Positions 9,564 to 19,894 of a stretch of 64,000 bases of DNA are shown here, in pieces. How positions within the stretch are numbered: position 1 is the first letter of the stretch; the number at the start of each line of letters is the position of its first letter. Made by a program: the position numbers and the translations under genes. Below the pieces are notes generated by a model, which did no database searches, was not told the DNA's origin, and was given only the letters and a program-made list of their open reading frames with translations. This DNA comes from a virus, in the IMG/VR virus record IMGVR_UViG_3300021963_000067, positions 30,778 through 94,777 of that record; one strand, written 5' to 3'.

Positions 9564-10168
9564 GTTATATGTTCCGGTGGAGTATCTCTACTAATTTGAA
9601 TTGCAAGCCTGGGTCCTTTTACATTTTCAACTGAATGTAAAATATTTGCATGTAGGCATCCCCACTTGCGTAGGGGCAATCTAACTCGATCAATTTCTTC
9701 TACACGATCATAACTATCAATGGTGGCGTGTGGGTCAAAATTTGATCTTAGATCTGGACGCACAATGTCTCGTCCTTTTTCTCTGTACCAAACAGTTTCG
9801 ACATTATCACCACCTAAGTCTAAAAGGTATTGCACGGTAAAGTTTCTACTGGCATCAACGTGAGGAGCCAACGCAGGTCCAACATTATCAAATATGGATA
9901 TTCCGCACCCCTTGGGTTCTTGTTGAAAGTATTCCCGTACCCAGTCTTCAAATTCTGTGCTGATCGCATATCTATGTGTGCCTGCGGTAGTAAATGTAGA
10001 TCCATCTTTGGCTGTAATGGTTCTATATTGATAGTCGCTGTATCCAGGCAATTGTTTAAGGGCGTTAACTCTATTTTGTTCTGCACGATCCTCCAAGGCA
10101 GTATAGGCAGCATCTATAATCGATTGCGGGGGATCAGGAAGGTCAAGATAACCGTAGGTAAACATCAC
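9530..10168 (-). CDS. Putative 2OG-Fe(II)/cupin oxygenase (paralog of 31913-32551)
   Basis: PHVD...LHSVEN...R. Confidence 0.6.
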   Translation of the reverse strand: MMFTYGYLDLPDPPQSIIDAAYTALEDRAEQNRVNALKQLPGYSDYQYRTITAKDGSTFTTAGTHRYAISTEFEDWVREYFQQEPKGCGISIFDNVGPALAPHVDASRNFTVQYLLDLGGDNVETVWYREKGRDIVRPDLRSNFDPHATIDSYDRVEEIDRVRLPLRKWGCLHANILHSVENVKGPRLAIQISRDTPPEHITWTYTSKINTF

Positions 10169-11118
10169 TGTTGCGCCTTATAGAATTTCTCAACAACAGG
10201 ATTCCAGATTTTAATTTGACGATCAACATAACGATCACCTTGCTCTGGAGTACCATCGTAGGCCTGTACTGCTCTTGTCTTAAATTGTTCCCGAACTTCT
10301 GGATCCTTAAGAGCATCTCTATATACTTTGTTTAGATAGCTGATAATGTGTCTTGGTGTTCCCGCCGGAGCATAAACTCCGTGAAAGTTAGAAGCGATAA
10401 AATCTGGAACTATGTCTTTGAACAATGGAGTTGTTGGATATTGTTCTAATCTTTGCTCAGTGCTAAATGCAATCGGTTTAACCTTGCCAGCTTGAACCAT
10501 AGACAATGCATCGCTAGAACTTGATCCGATAAAGGCAAGTTGTCCAGAACTTAGATCCATCAAGACTTGTGGAGTACTTTTATATGGAACCGCAGTGGCT
10601 TCAGTTTGTGCATGGGACAATATCTTTGATATAAAAAGATTACACATATTATAAGCACACCCGTATGAAAATTTATTTGGATTTTTCTTAACGTCGGCAA
10701 GTAAATCGGATAACGTGTTGTATTTGCTATCTGCCGCTACGTATATTCCTTGAGGAGTAATAACAGTCAATGACACTGTAGCAAAATTTTCTCTTGGAAT
10801 CCATCCAGTTGGTTTCATCAATGGGTTCATAACCACAGGAGCATTATCTGTTCCTAACAGCGTTAATCCGTCCGGTTTAGCTTCTGCTACTTCTCTTGCT
10901 CCTATAGTGGCAAATGCACCCGGCTTGTTGCTAACCACAATGTTTAATCCTGTATTGGCTCTAACTCTAGCTGCCAACATTCTACTAAATGTATCTGCTC
11001 CGCCTCCCGCACCGTAGGGAACAACCACTGTTATAGTTTGTCCTTTAAGTTCAGCAGGCATTTCTGCAAATGTAATACTACTAAAAAATAGCAAAAATAA
11101 AACAGTTAATTTTTTCAT
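10165..11118 (-). CDS. Tripartite tricarboxylate transporter substrate-binding protein (Bug/TctC)
   Basis: Signal peptide; VVPYGAGGGAD, NKPGA, VPYKS, YAPAGTP. Confidence 0.92.
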   Translation of the reverse strand: MKKLTVLFLLFFSSITFAEMPAELKGQTITVVVPYGAGGGADTFSRMLAARVRANTGLNIVVSNKPGAFATIGAREVAEAKPDGLTLLGTDNAPVVMNPLMKPTGWIPRENFATVSLTVITPQGIYVAADSKYNTLSDLLADVKKNPNKFSYGCAYNMCNLFISKILSHAQTEATAVPYKSTPQVLMDLSSGQLAFIGSSSSDALSMVQAGKVKPIAFSTEQRLEQYPTTPLFKDIVPDFIASNFHGVYAPAGTPRHIISYLNKVYRDALKDPEVREQFKTRAVQAYDGTPEQGDRYVDRQIKIWNPVVEKFYKAQQ

Positions 11119-11125
11119 AATGATC

Positions 11126-11716
11126 TCATTTAAATTTAAAAGGTAAATCCATAGTTCCGATTTGAATACTGGTTCTAGGACCAGTTACATCAGTTATAGC
11201 ATGAATGATGCTGGTGTTAATAACAAACCACTGGTTCATTGGCCACTTGACTGCATCAAATTCTACAAGTTCGTCCATGTTATTGAACACACGATGTTCT
11301 AACGGCCATTCTGTTGCATGACCTGGTAGCTTGTAAAATCTAGTCCTACTATCTTCACCGCCACGTTCAATCATGTACCAAATTGCCCAGCGTCGGCTGT
11401 TGTCAATATGCGCACCATGTAGGGGACTTTTTCCTTCGCTTCTGCGAACCGTAGCATTAACAAAATCTTCAACGATGTTGTCCTTGACCCATTGGTCAAA
11501 GTCTTCTCCGATTTCGTACCCCACTTGATAACGGCTAGAATATTCTTCGCCTTCCAAAACTACAGTTCGATCTACATGTACTTGGGCACCACCAGGATAG
11601 TATCCTGTGGTAATATTTTTGTGTTTCTCTTTGCCTTCATTGGCAATTGTAATTGCTCGATCTATAAAGTGCTGAGGGGGATGTGGTAATCCCTCGATTG
11701 GCATCCAGGTAAACAT
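11126..11716 (-). CDS. Putative 2OG-Fe(II)/cupin oxygenase (third paralog)
   Basis: Start MFTWMP with AAAGGAA RBS; AHID...IHAI.....R. Confidence 0.6.
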   Translation of the reverse strand: MFTWMPIEGLPHPPQHFIDRAITIANEGKEKHKNITTGYYPGGAQVHVDRTVVLEGEEYSSRYQVGYEIGEDFDQWVKDNIVEDFVNATVRRSEGKSPLHGAHIDNSRRWAIWYMIERGGEDSRTRFYKLPGHATEWPLEHRVFNNMDELVEFDAVKWPMNQWFVINTSIIHAITDVTGPRTSIQIGTMDLPFKFK

Positions 11717-11779
11717 TGCTATTCCTTTTATTGGCCTGTTATTTATTAGGCTCTGCTGCTGGCGATAAATATTTTCCTT

Positions 11780-13426
11780 ATGCATATCCCCCCACAAATT
11801 ATAATTCTTTCGGACCCTTATCAATTGGATACAGTGAGGTACATGGGTCCATACGTTGTTAAAAATCATCTCAAGCAGGCCGGATTTGACGTTGTTGTAA
11901 TTGATTACTTCACTCGTTTTGAAAATGATCAAGAGTTTTTTGATTATTTGGAAAATTTTGTTAGCGATAGACTACAGGCCATAATGGTTAGTACAACATT
12001 TACCTATTCAAGTCCTACTGACTTTGCATGGGCTCGATCCGAAATGAGCAAACATATAACTACTGAAACTGCTGAAACCAAACAAGGTTGGTGGGATTAT
12101 GTAAAAGCCAGTTCCCTATATCTGTGGAAGGGTAATAACGAGGATATGAATTCTTGGTTTTCGGGTGTAAGGAATATTTTATCCAAAAAGAATTCTCAAG
12201 CTAAAATTGTCTTAGGAGGAGAAAGACTAAATTGGATTTATAAATTTGATCCAAGGGCTCTCCCAGATGACTATGCTCTAAAACAAGTAGATCTCTGCAT
12301 CCTAGGCAGAGTTGATTTATTCATAGGTGATCTTATGAAACGATTTACAACAGGATCCCTAGGACAATATGCTCTTAACATTCACAAAAAGAATGATATA
12401 GATTATTACATTCCGCCTCCGCATTTACAGTATAGTCATCACAAGGATGATATTCCGGACAGCACATTTGGTATAGAAGATGCTGTGCTTCCAGGAGAAT
12501 GGTTGCCATTTGAAAATGCTAGAGGTTGTGCATTTAATTGCAAGTATTGTAATTATGATAAAGGGCATAGTCAAAAAAAATCCATGGAACAAACTCGTGC
12601 AGAATTTATGCGTAATTATGAATTGCATGGCACAACAGGCTACAGCTTTACCTGCGAATGTTTCAACGATGACTATCAATATGTCCGAGACTTTCATGCA
12701 ATGGTTAAGACTTTGCCTTTTGTTTTAGAATGGAACGGTTATGCCCGATTTGATCTTAGCCACAAGTATGATGATCTTGCAGAACTTACTGTAGACAGTG
12801 GTGGCCGCAGTTTGATTATAGGCATAGAAACTCTAAATTGGGAAGTAGGAAAGAAAATGGGTCGCGGCCTAAAGCCAGAGAGAGTATTAGAACTTGCTGA
12901 CCAGTATAAACGTGCAGGAGAAAAATACGGAGGTATACATCTCAAGGGCTGTTTCATTATAGGCCTTCCAGGCGAGACTATTGAAAGTCAAACTGCCACA
13001 AACAAATTTATCAGTGAACAAACGTATTTTAATGCTGTTCTAGGCAATGTATTAGAAGTCATGCCCTACGAAGATGACCTATCGGGCGTTTTTGATTTTG
13101 CTGGTATAAATGTCAATCCAAAAAAATATGGATTTGAAGAACTATCATTTGATCCTTATTACTGGAAACATCATACCATGGACGTCTATCAAGCTATAGA
13201 CATGAATTATCAATTTAACGAAGCCAACAAGCTCAACCCGTATACATACAAGTACAACAACGGCAAACGAAATGTCAATCTATTCTTTTATTCTGCCATG
13301 CGAAGTCTAGGATACAACCATGCAGAATCAATGAATAAGTTTAACAACGTTCCCGAAGTCTACGATCAATGCCGTGATAAGATAAAACGTTATCACGATT
13401 TACTTTTAAAAATATGGTGTGAATAA
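11780..13426 (+). CDS. Radical SAM protein with B12-binding-like N-terminal domain
   Basis: RGCAFNCKYC, GIETL, FIIGLPGET. Confidence 0.9.
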   Translation: MHIPPQIIILSDPYQLDTVRYMGPYVVKNHLKQAGFDVVVIDYFTRFENDQEFFDYLENFVSDRLQAIMVSTTFTYSSPTDFAWARSEMSKHITTETAETKQGWWDYVKASSLYLWKGNNEDMNSWFSGVRNILSKKNSQAKIVLGGERLNWIYKFDPRALPDDYALKQVDLCILGRVDLFIGDLMKRFTTGSLGQYALNIHKKNDIDYYIPPPHLQYSHHKDDIPDSTFGIEDAVLPGEWLPFENARGCAFNCKYCNYDKGHSQKKSMEQTRAEFMRNYELHGTTGYSFTCECFNDDYQYVRDFHAMVKTLPFVLEWNGYARFDLSHKYDDLAELTVDSGGRSLIIGIETLNWEVGKKMGRGLKPERVLELADQYKRAGEKYGGIHLKGCFIIGLPGETIESQTATNKFISEQTYFNAVLGNVLEVMPYEDDLSGVFDFAGINVNPKKYGFEELSFDPYYWKHHTMDVYQAIDMNYQFNEANKLNPYTYKYNNGKRNVNLFFYSAMRSLGYNHAESMNKFNNVPEVYDQCRDKIKRYHDLLLKIWCE

Positions 13427-13983
13427 TGAAAGTGGCTATAACAGGACATACATACGGAATCGGCAAAGCACTCGAAACAAAGTTTTTTATCGAAGGGTGG
13501 CAAGTTGTTGGGTTTAGCAGATCCAATGGTTATGACATTTCTAAGCCCGAAGATAGAGCAAGAATTATAGAACAATCACAGGATTGTGATTTTTTCATTA
13601 ACAATGCCTATTCAACATATGCACAATGCGAATTATTGTTTGAGCTATGGCAAGCATGGCAAGGAAAACAAAAAAGAATCATCAACATGTCCAGCAGTAT
13701 TGTGGGACGTTGGCAAAATGATTTTAGAGATATCAAATATCGAAATGCTAAAGTAGCTCTAGAAGACGCCTGTGATTTTTTATCCAACAAATCAGAGTGG
13801 CCAAATGTCATGGTAGTGCGCCCCTGTTTAACTGATACTCCTACATCTAAACCAAATACAAAACCCAATAAAGTTGACCCTAATGACTTTGCTGATTATT
13901 TTTACAACAGTATTGATAAAGATTTACTATTCCGAGTGCAGTCTTTTGGGCTAGCTGTAAAAGGCCATAGAGGCTTTATCTAA
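13426..13983 (+). CDS. Short SDR family oxidoreductase
   Basis: TGHTYGIG, INNA, YRNAK. Confidence 0.85.
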   Translation: MKVAITGHTYGIGKALETKFFIEGWQVVGFSRSNGYDISKPEDRARIIEQSQDCDFFINNAYSTYAQCELLFELWQAWQGKQKRIINMSSSIVGRWQNDFRDIKYRNAKVALEDACDFLSNKSEWPNVMVVRPCLTDTPTSKPNTKPNKVDPNDFADYFYNSIDKDLLFRVQSFGLAVKGHRGFI

Positions 13984-14690
13984 TGTTAGATGGTATCAAA
14001 CAATACCTATATCTAGTAGTTGATCGAGAAACAAATCTTGTATTGACTAGATGTCAAAATGCTTCTACGGCCAATGCGGTTAGTAGGGGATTTTTAAATT
14101 CGACTATAATGGTTATTAATCGACCTGACTTTTTTAACAATGATAAAATGCAGAAGTATCGTGATAATAATCAAATAACATTTAAACTGACCACAAATGA
14201 CTTTTCTGGTATTTCATCCCTAGAAGCTAATGTTGGCGAAAAAGTAGCCAACAGTAATTATAATTTTAATTTTATAGAACAGACTGTAGTAGAGCAATCG
14301 TGGACCGATAAACGAAAATTAGCTAATGCCCGTTCTAAGATTTTTTCTATAATTGAAGCTAAAATTGAACGATACTTAGCAAGATACACTTTGTTTGTGG
14401 GCGACAGTATTTTATATCAATACCTAGCTCAGGAATTTAGCAAATGTGATGTTAAGAATAATTGTTATTCAGAATCTATCTTAGAATATTCAAATATAAT
14501 GTCGATGTTGCCATCTGAAGCATTTAATGATTTAAAAATGAAATATGATTCTTTTTGTTTAACTAGTGTCAGATACGCAGCTATATGGGAAAAAACTGTT
14601 ATAGCAATTAATGCAATGAAAACATATTCGGATATAAATTATTTTTATGCAGATCTTGAGGCCGAATTAGCAGGGATGAATCGACAATGA
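13983..14690 (+). CDS. Hypothetical protein
   Basis: 235-aa ORF coupled on both sides. Confidence 0.75.
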   Translation: MLDGIKQYLYLVVDRETNLVLTRCQNASTANAVSRGFLNSTIMVINRPDFFNNDKMQKYRDNNQITFKLTTNDFSGISSLEANVGEKVANSNYNFNFIEQTVVEQSWTDKRKLANARSKIFSIIEAKIERYLARYTLFVGDSILYQYLAQEFSKCDVKNNCYSESILEYSNIMSMLPSEAFNDLKMKYDSFCLTSVRYAAIWEKTVIAINAMKTYSDINYFYADLEAELAGMNRQ

Positions 14691-15778
14691 ATTCTATCAA
14701 GGTTACAATCGATTATATTAAATCTTTAAACTATTTTAACAACGGCGCTACTAGCGATGATATTAAAATATTTTCTGATATTAAGAATGTTGTATCATCG
14801 TCTTGGATTATTGACAGAACTGACTGTGCTAAGACCCCATTCCGCAGTCATTTGATGCATGAATATAAAATAACTAATAACTCTTTTTTTAATAATAATT
14901 TAACATTAGATGATATCTGTATTGATACAGCTCGAACATTTAAAGATTTATCAAACAAAATATATATATTGTGGAGTGGTGGGTTAGATTCAACTGTTCT
15001 CATAATCAGTATGCTCAAAGCTGGGATTGAAAAAGAAAAGATAACGATAGCCTGTAATCCAGATGGATTAAAAGAGAATTATAATTTTTATCGAAAATTT
15101 ATTTTACCCAATTTTGAAGTTATCGCTTCAGAAAAACTAATGCAACAAGCCAGTATTACAGGAATTAAAGATGGAGTAATACTTAATGGTGATCCTGCTG
15201 ATGCACTGTACGGAATAGACTTATCGTTTAGTCTAGTTGAAAAGTATGGGATTGATTTTTTAAAGCAACCCTGTTCTAGAGAAGCGTTGACTAATTATTT
15301 TGTTTCTAAAAATATGGACATTCGATCAGCTAATTGTTGGTACGATTTCTTCATGCTGTCAACTGATCAGTCTCCAAGAGAAATTAAAACCATGGATGAT
15401 TTCTCTTGGTGGATAACATTTAATCATCGTTGGCAATCGGCCAATGAAAAACTTAAACTTAGAATTTTAGATGATTCCAATTACAAAACATTTTTTGGAA
15501 ATGAACAATTTCAAAATTGGGCTTGTTATCGAAATAACAGTTCTATAGAAACTTTAAAAGATTTTAAATTAGAATTGAAAAAAATTATCTACGAGTACAC
15601 CGGAGATCGAGATTATTTTGATAACAAAATAAAATTACATTCAAATAGTCATGCATTTGGACTAAATTCATATTCTGCGATCTTAAGCAGTAATCAAAAA
15701 TTAATGTCCTCAGAATTTAATATATACGACTTTTATAATAAAAATAATTTTATGACAGATTGGTTATCCATCAATTAG
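14687..15778 (+). CDS. PP-loop (N-type) ATP pyrophosphatase, asparagine-synthetase-like
   Basis: LWSGGLDST, LNGDPADAL. Confidence 0.75.
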   Translation: MNSIKVTIDYIKSLNYFNNGATSDDIKIFSDIKNVVSSSWIIDRTDCAKTPFRSHLMHEYKITNNSFFNNNLTLDDICIDTARTFKDLSNKIYILWSGGLDSTVLIISMLKAGIEKEKITIACNPDGLKENYNFYRKFILPNFEVIASEKLMQQASITGIKDGVILNGDPADALYGIDLSFSLVEKYGIDFLKQPCSREALTNYFVSKNMDIRSANCWYDFFMLSTDQSPREIKTMDDFSWWITFNHRWQSANEKLKLRILDDSNYKTFFGNEQFQNWACYRNNSSIETLKDFKLELKKIIYEYTGDRDYFDNKIKLHSNSHAFGLNSYSAILSSNQKLMSSEFNIYDFYNKNNFMTDWLSIN

Positions 15779-16089
15779 GTTTCAGTAAACTCGCTAGATT
15801 TACCTATTCCTTTTAACGTTAAAAATTCATCACGTTGCTTGAAAAAAGCTACGATAATCGGATTGCCGCACCACTCGTTAAAATCTTCTTGAGAGTTAAA
15901 AACTGTAATAGTAGTTCCTGTAAATATATCGGGCGAATAATGACCATCAGTGGATAAAATTTTACCTTGTTGAATAAAAGTTTCTCGCAATTGTCTGACT
16001 TCGTCTGCAATAGGAAATCGCATGTCCTGCTCTGGCGGAAATGGTTTATTTTCTGGATAGGTATAGGTCATTTTTACAATATATGGCAT
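15775..16089 (-). CDS. Hypothetical small protein
   Basis: GAGGAG RBS and TAAATA upstream. Confidence 0.8.
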   Translation of the reverse strand: MPYIVKMTYTYPENKPFPPEQDMRFPIADEVRQLRETFIQQGKILSTDGHYSPDIFTGTTITVFNSQEDFNEWCGNPIIVAFFKQRDEFLTLKGIGKSSEFTET

Positions 16090-16114
16090 TTGTTGATCTC
16101 CTCAATATTAGTAT

Positions 16115-16984
16115 TTATCTTGGGAGAGACATCAAATTAACCAACTGATTGTATTCAACTAGAGTTTTCCCAGAATATATATTTTCTAGGTCTTTTACTG
16201 CCTGAACATTTTCATGTTTAAATAAATCAGTTTCTTCAATATATTCCCACCCTGTATATTTTTCTCTATTGGGCATTGGGAATTTTCTTCCGTAGACAAA
16301 TTTTCTACTGGTCATAGAACCCTTTTTTCCAATTATCCTATTATTTCCTAAATCTTGTATAGTCGGATCAAGCATAAATGCCAATAAAGTTTCTGAACTC
16401 CAAGACAAGAAACAACTGGTTCCCTGTATATATTGTTCTTTATATAAATTAGCCCATGAGCACCAACATTCTTTTTCAACAAAATACCAAGTGTCGTTAA
16501 TTGGAGAAATATAGGGTTCGTCTTGTCCCAGCAATATTTCACCGTCTAAAGATAGTGCTGCCTTCATGGTAGTCAAATATTGATATATTCCCGTTCGTGC
16601 TTTACGGGCAATTTCTAAAATTTCACCACCCTCAATAAATTTTTTAATATCAATGTTTACGACTAAGGGTTTTAGATTTTTCTTGTTGCAGTATTTGTAA
16701 GCCCATTTTAAATCATGCGGATTATAGTCGGGAATTAAATTAACAATTACCGGAGTAATGTCCATACCTTGCGATAAAAAAACCTCCATAACTAATTCAC
16801 TGTCTATTCCACCACTGTACATGCAGTAGAGTTTTCCAGATTTTGTATCGTATATTTCTTTAGCGTTTAAGATTAATTCGTCGCAATAGCTGCCTACTGA
16901 TCTAGATGTCGGGTCAATCGACAATTGAAATGACTCGCCACTGCCCGAAGTTCTGTAAAAGTTATTTTTACGTTGTTCTATCAT
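16115..16984 (-). CDS. PP-loop ATP pyrophosphatase family protein
   Basis: MYSGGIDSE; C-terminal REKYTGWE. Confidence 0.7.
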   Translation of the reverse strand: MIEQRKNNFYRTSGSGESFQLSIDPTSRSVGSYCDELILNAKEIYDTKSGKLYCMYSGGIDSELVMEVFLSQGMDITPVIVNLIPDYNPHDLKWAYKYCNKKNLKPLVVNIDIKKFIEGGEILEIARKARTGIYQYLTTMKAALSLDGEILLGQDEPYISPINDTWYFVEKECWCSWANLYKEQYIQGTSCFLSWSSETLLAFMLDPTIQDLGNNRIIGKKGSMTSRKFVYGRKFPMPNREKYTGWEYIEETDLFKHENVQAVKDLENIYSGKTLVEYNQLVNLMSLPR

Positions 16985-17820
16985 ATGGTGTTTTCTTTAA
17001 TCCATCGGCCAAAATGTACACAATGCTCCTCGAGCCGGTCTACAGAATTCATCAATGGTCTAAATGCCCCTTTTTGTTTTTCAACTATTTCTACATCTTC
17101 TTTAAAAACATCTTCTAGTGTGATAAATTCGTTTATTTTTTCCTGTGATACAGCTGGATCAAAATAAAACTGAGTAGTCCAATCAAATCCAAATTCGTTA
17201 TCTGATTGTCTCGGCGCTACTGTATTAATTCCCAAACACCCCGGACTCCATTCTATGAATGTCCACGGATAAACAATTAACCACCATCCATCTTTGTGTG
17301 TTTGTACTACCCAATCTTCACCTTGATTCATTTGTATATCACTTAGGTCTACCATAGTAGACAATCTAGGATGAACCCCACCGTGCCTAATATGCAATAG
17401 ATCTGTTTGTATTTCCATCATCCACAGCGCACTCCCTAAACTAGACCCTGTGCAGGTATGACTGTATTTGAGATTTTTTTCATTTGCAAGATCATCTACC
17501 CATTTGTGATCGGGCTCAACAAAATTCTTAAAGACTAGTCCCGATACTCCCACTGTCGCAGTACCACATTTTAATTTTTTATTATTGTTAATCGGCACAC
17601 CGGATTCGGTCCATTTAAATCCATGAAACTTGCAAGTGATATTATTGGTATGTGTTCCTGGATCTGCTAGGGGATACATCCGGTGTGGGCAGAATCTATT
17701 CAACAGATTCACCGAATTCTCTGCCTTGTTTAAAATATATTCAGATACTACAAAGTTATTATTATCTAGTGCAGAAATGTGTGAAAGTACTTTAGGTGAA
17801 TTTTTAAACATTGATGTCAT
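16981..17820 (-). CDS. Rieske non-heme iron oxygenase, compact alpha-subunit-like
   Basis: CPH...CKFHG Rieske ligands; DLLH....VH and EDV mononuclear iron site. Confidence 0.85.
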   Translation of the reverse strand: MTSMFKNSPKVLSHISALDNNNFVVSEYILNKAENSVNLLNRFCPHRMYPLADPGTHTNNITCKFHGFKWTESGVPINNNKKLKCGTATVGVSGLVFKNFVEPDHKWVDDLANEKNLKYSHTCTGSSLGSALWMMEIQTDLLHIRHGGVHPRLSTMVDLSDIQMNQGEDWVVQTHKDGWWLIVYPWTFIEWSPGCLGINTVAPRQSDNEFGFDWTTQFYFDPAVSQEKINEFITLEDVFKEDVEIVEKQKGAFRPLMNSVDRLEEHCVHFGRWIKENTI

Positions 17821-18620
17821 TGGTTATCGTTTTTAATTAATTTTATTAACCAGTAGGTAGGATCTATTTCCCACCACCTGCGCCCATAATTAGGATTACG
17901 GCCATCACCGTGATGATTGTTATGCCATGCTTCGCCTAGGATAACGGGAAACAACCAGGGACAATTTACACTATCATCTTTAGTGTTATAATTTCTATAG
18001 CCTGCCCAAGGCATATGAGTGATGCTGGTCTGTATTAGAAAACTATGTAGAGTAATAAATGCTGGTAATGCCAATAGATAGATCCATAGGTCTATGCTGA
18101 TTAGTGCGACCAGTAAATTAGTAATCCATAATATTTTTATGTAATGCTTGTGTGCAAATACCATGTCCGGGTCTTGTAATAGGTCTACTACAGATCGAAT
18201 ACTCATAGTGTCTTTCTTAAACATCCACAGGATGTAGCTGTGCCAAAACCCATCTCGAGGACTGTGTGCATCTCCTTCCCGATCAGCATACCTATGATGA
18301 TAACCTCTATGAATACCTATCCAGAATAAAGGACTACCTTGTCCTGCTAGTATTCCGAACCAAAGTAAAATCCTCTTGGTCAATGAGTTAACACTAAACC
18401 CCTTATGTGAGAACAATCTATGATAGCCTGCAGACACACCCAGCATCTTAATGCACACATAACCTATAAGAGTTGCAATCCACCACCATGCAGGTGAAGA
18501 GCCGGCAATGATGCTGTATATTGCATACACTCCTATAAACTGCATAGGGATTATTGACCCCCATAGATTGGTAAAATGGAATGTATTTTTTACAAGTTGT
18601 TTTATTGGTGTTTTTTCCAT
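17817..18620 (-). CDS. Delta-9-type fatty acid desaturase
   Basis: HRLFSH, HRGYHH, DAHSP, GEAWHNNHH. Confidence 0.92.
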   Translation of the reverse strand: MEKTPIKQLVKNTFHFTNLWGSIIPMQFIGVYAIYSIIAGSSPAWWWIATLIGYVCIKMLGVSAGYHRLFSHKGFSVNSLTKRILLWFGILAGQGSPLFWIGIHRGYHHRYADREGDAHSPRDGFWHSYILWMFKKDTMSIRSVVDLLQDPDMVFAHKHYIKILWITNLLVALISIDLWIYLLALPAFITLHSFLIQTSITHMPWAGYRNYNTKDDSVNCPWLFPVILGEAWHNNHHGDGRNPNYGRRWWEIDPTYWLIKLIKNDNQ

Positions 18621-19150
18621 TGGGATAAAATCGATTCTTTTCCGTTATATATTATTTTTTGCCAACAAGTATCATCGCACTCATTAGGACATGTTAGATA
18701 CTTATAATTATCTGTTTTAAATTCTAGATTAAACCTATCAAGAAAATTGTTAATGCACCATTGTTCCCAATTATCTGTTTGTCTGCTGATAAAATACAAT
18801 TGATAATCCGCATTATTTTTTAACCAATCTATTTGACTCTGGGCACTGCTTCCAAAGCTATTGCTCATGACTCTAGGATAGGCAATTTTATTGCTGTGTT
18901 TCCATAGCCTGTTTAGTATTCTATAAGCACCACTAGGCCAACACTCCCTACTAGAAATACTAGAACACATTTCTGGTTCGCCTAGATCATTAAAACAGAT
19001 AGTTAAGGCAACAGCACTATTAAAGTTTTCTTTGCTGTAATTTTTCCAAAGACGATGACTACGATCTTGATATTGTTGCTCTCTAAGATTGTCAAACAAT
19101 TGATCTAATGCAACATCAGTTCCGGGCACCCAGGTAGTGGTCTTCATCAT
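18602..19150 (-). CDS. Hypothetical protein (possibly GNAT-like)
   Basis: First gene of a coupled 4-gene run; RILNRLW and FISR segments. Confidence 0.6.
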   Translation of the reverse strand: MMKTTTWVPGTDVALDQLFDNLREQQYQDRSHRLWKNYSKENFNSAVALTICFNDLGEPEMCSSISSRECWPSGAYRILNRLWKHSNKIAYPRVMSNSFGSSAQSQIDWLKNNADYQLYFISRQTDNWEQWCINNFLDRFNLEFKTDNYKYLTCPNECDDTCWQKIIYNGKESILSQWKKHQ

Positions 19151-19185
19151 ATATTTAACGGTAAAAATGTTTGAATAAATATTTC

Positions 19186-19893
19186 ATGAGAAGCCCGACC
19201 CAGATAGAATCAATCAAATTAAAGGTATCTGATCCCTATGCAATTGAGGATTTTTTATCTGTTGACGATGTTAACTATCTTGTTAAATTATTTGATTCTC
19301 AAGAAATTGAATCAAACAAAGTATATAAAAATACAGGTCCTATAACCTTAGATATCAAACCCTATTTAAAAGATCCGGTAGTAGCTAACGTTATAGATAA
19401 ACTGGTTAAAGAACTAGGACCGTTTGAAATAACGGCTGGATTTTTCTTTACAACAAATTATCCTCACATAATACACAATGACGACACATTTGAATTGCCA
19501 GACGGAGTGTATAAAGGCATAACCATTCCCCTAAAAGCCTATGGGGCAGATCGAGTACCTAAGCTATGCTTCTTTGATCAATTTTACTTTCATGGTCCCG
19601 CCAAATTTTTTTACGGTGAGGAAGACATTCCCACGTACTATAATAAGCAGGTCTATGATTATCGAGATGTAGATGGCATAACTGATGCCATGCTCATAGA
19701 TGAATCTACCAGAGTTTCGTATCTAACACATTTAAAGTCAGCCTGGCTCACAGGTCTAACATTATGGGGAACACTAGATTGGCGGCCTACTAGTGCTTTA
19801 ATTTTTGACAGCACAAGATTACATTGTGCCAGCGATTTTAGACAGCAAGGTATTACTCATAAATTGGGTATAAGTATTTTTACAAAAGTATAA
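19186..19893 (+). CDS. Putative 2OG-Fe(II) oxygenase
   Basis: IHND...IFDSTRLHCAS...K; start MRSPT after TAAATA. Confidence 0.65.
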   Translation: MRSPTQIESIKLKVSDPYAIEDFLSVDDVNYLVKLFDSQEIESNKVYKNTGPITLDIKPYLKDPVVANVIDKLVKELGPFEITAGFFFTTNYPHIIHNDDTFELPDGVYKGITIPLKAYGADRVPKLCFFDQFYFHGPAKFFYGEEDIPTYYNKQVYDYRDVDGITDAMLIDESTRVSYLTHLKSAWLTGLTLWGTLDWRPTSALIFDSTRLHCASDFRQQGITHKLGISIFTKV

Positions 19894-19894
19894 T

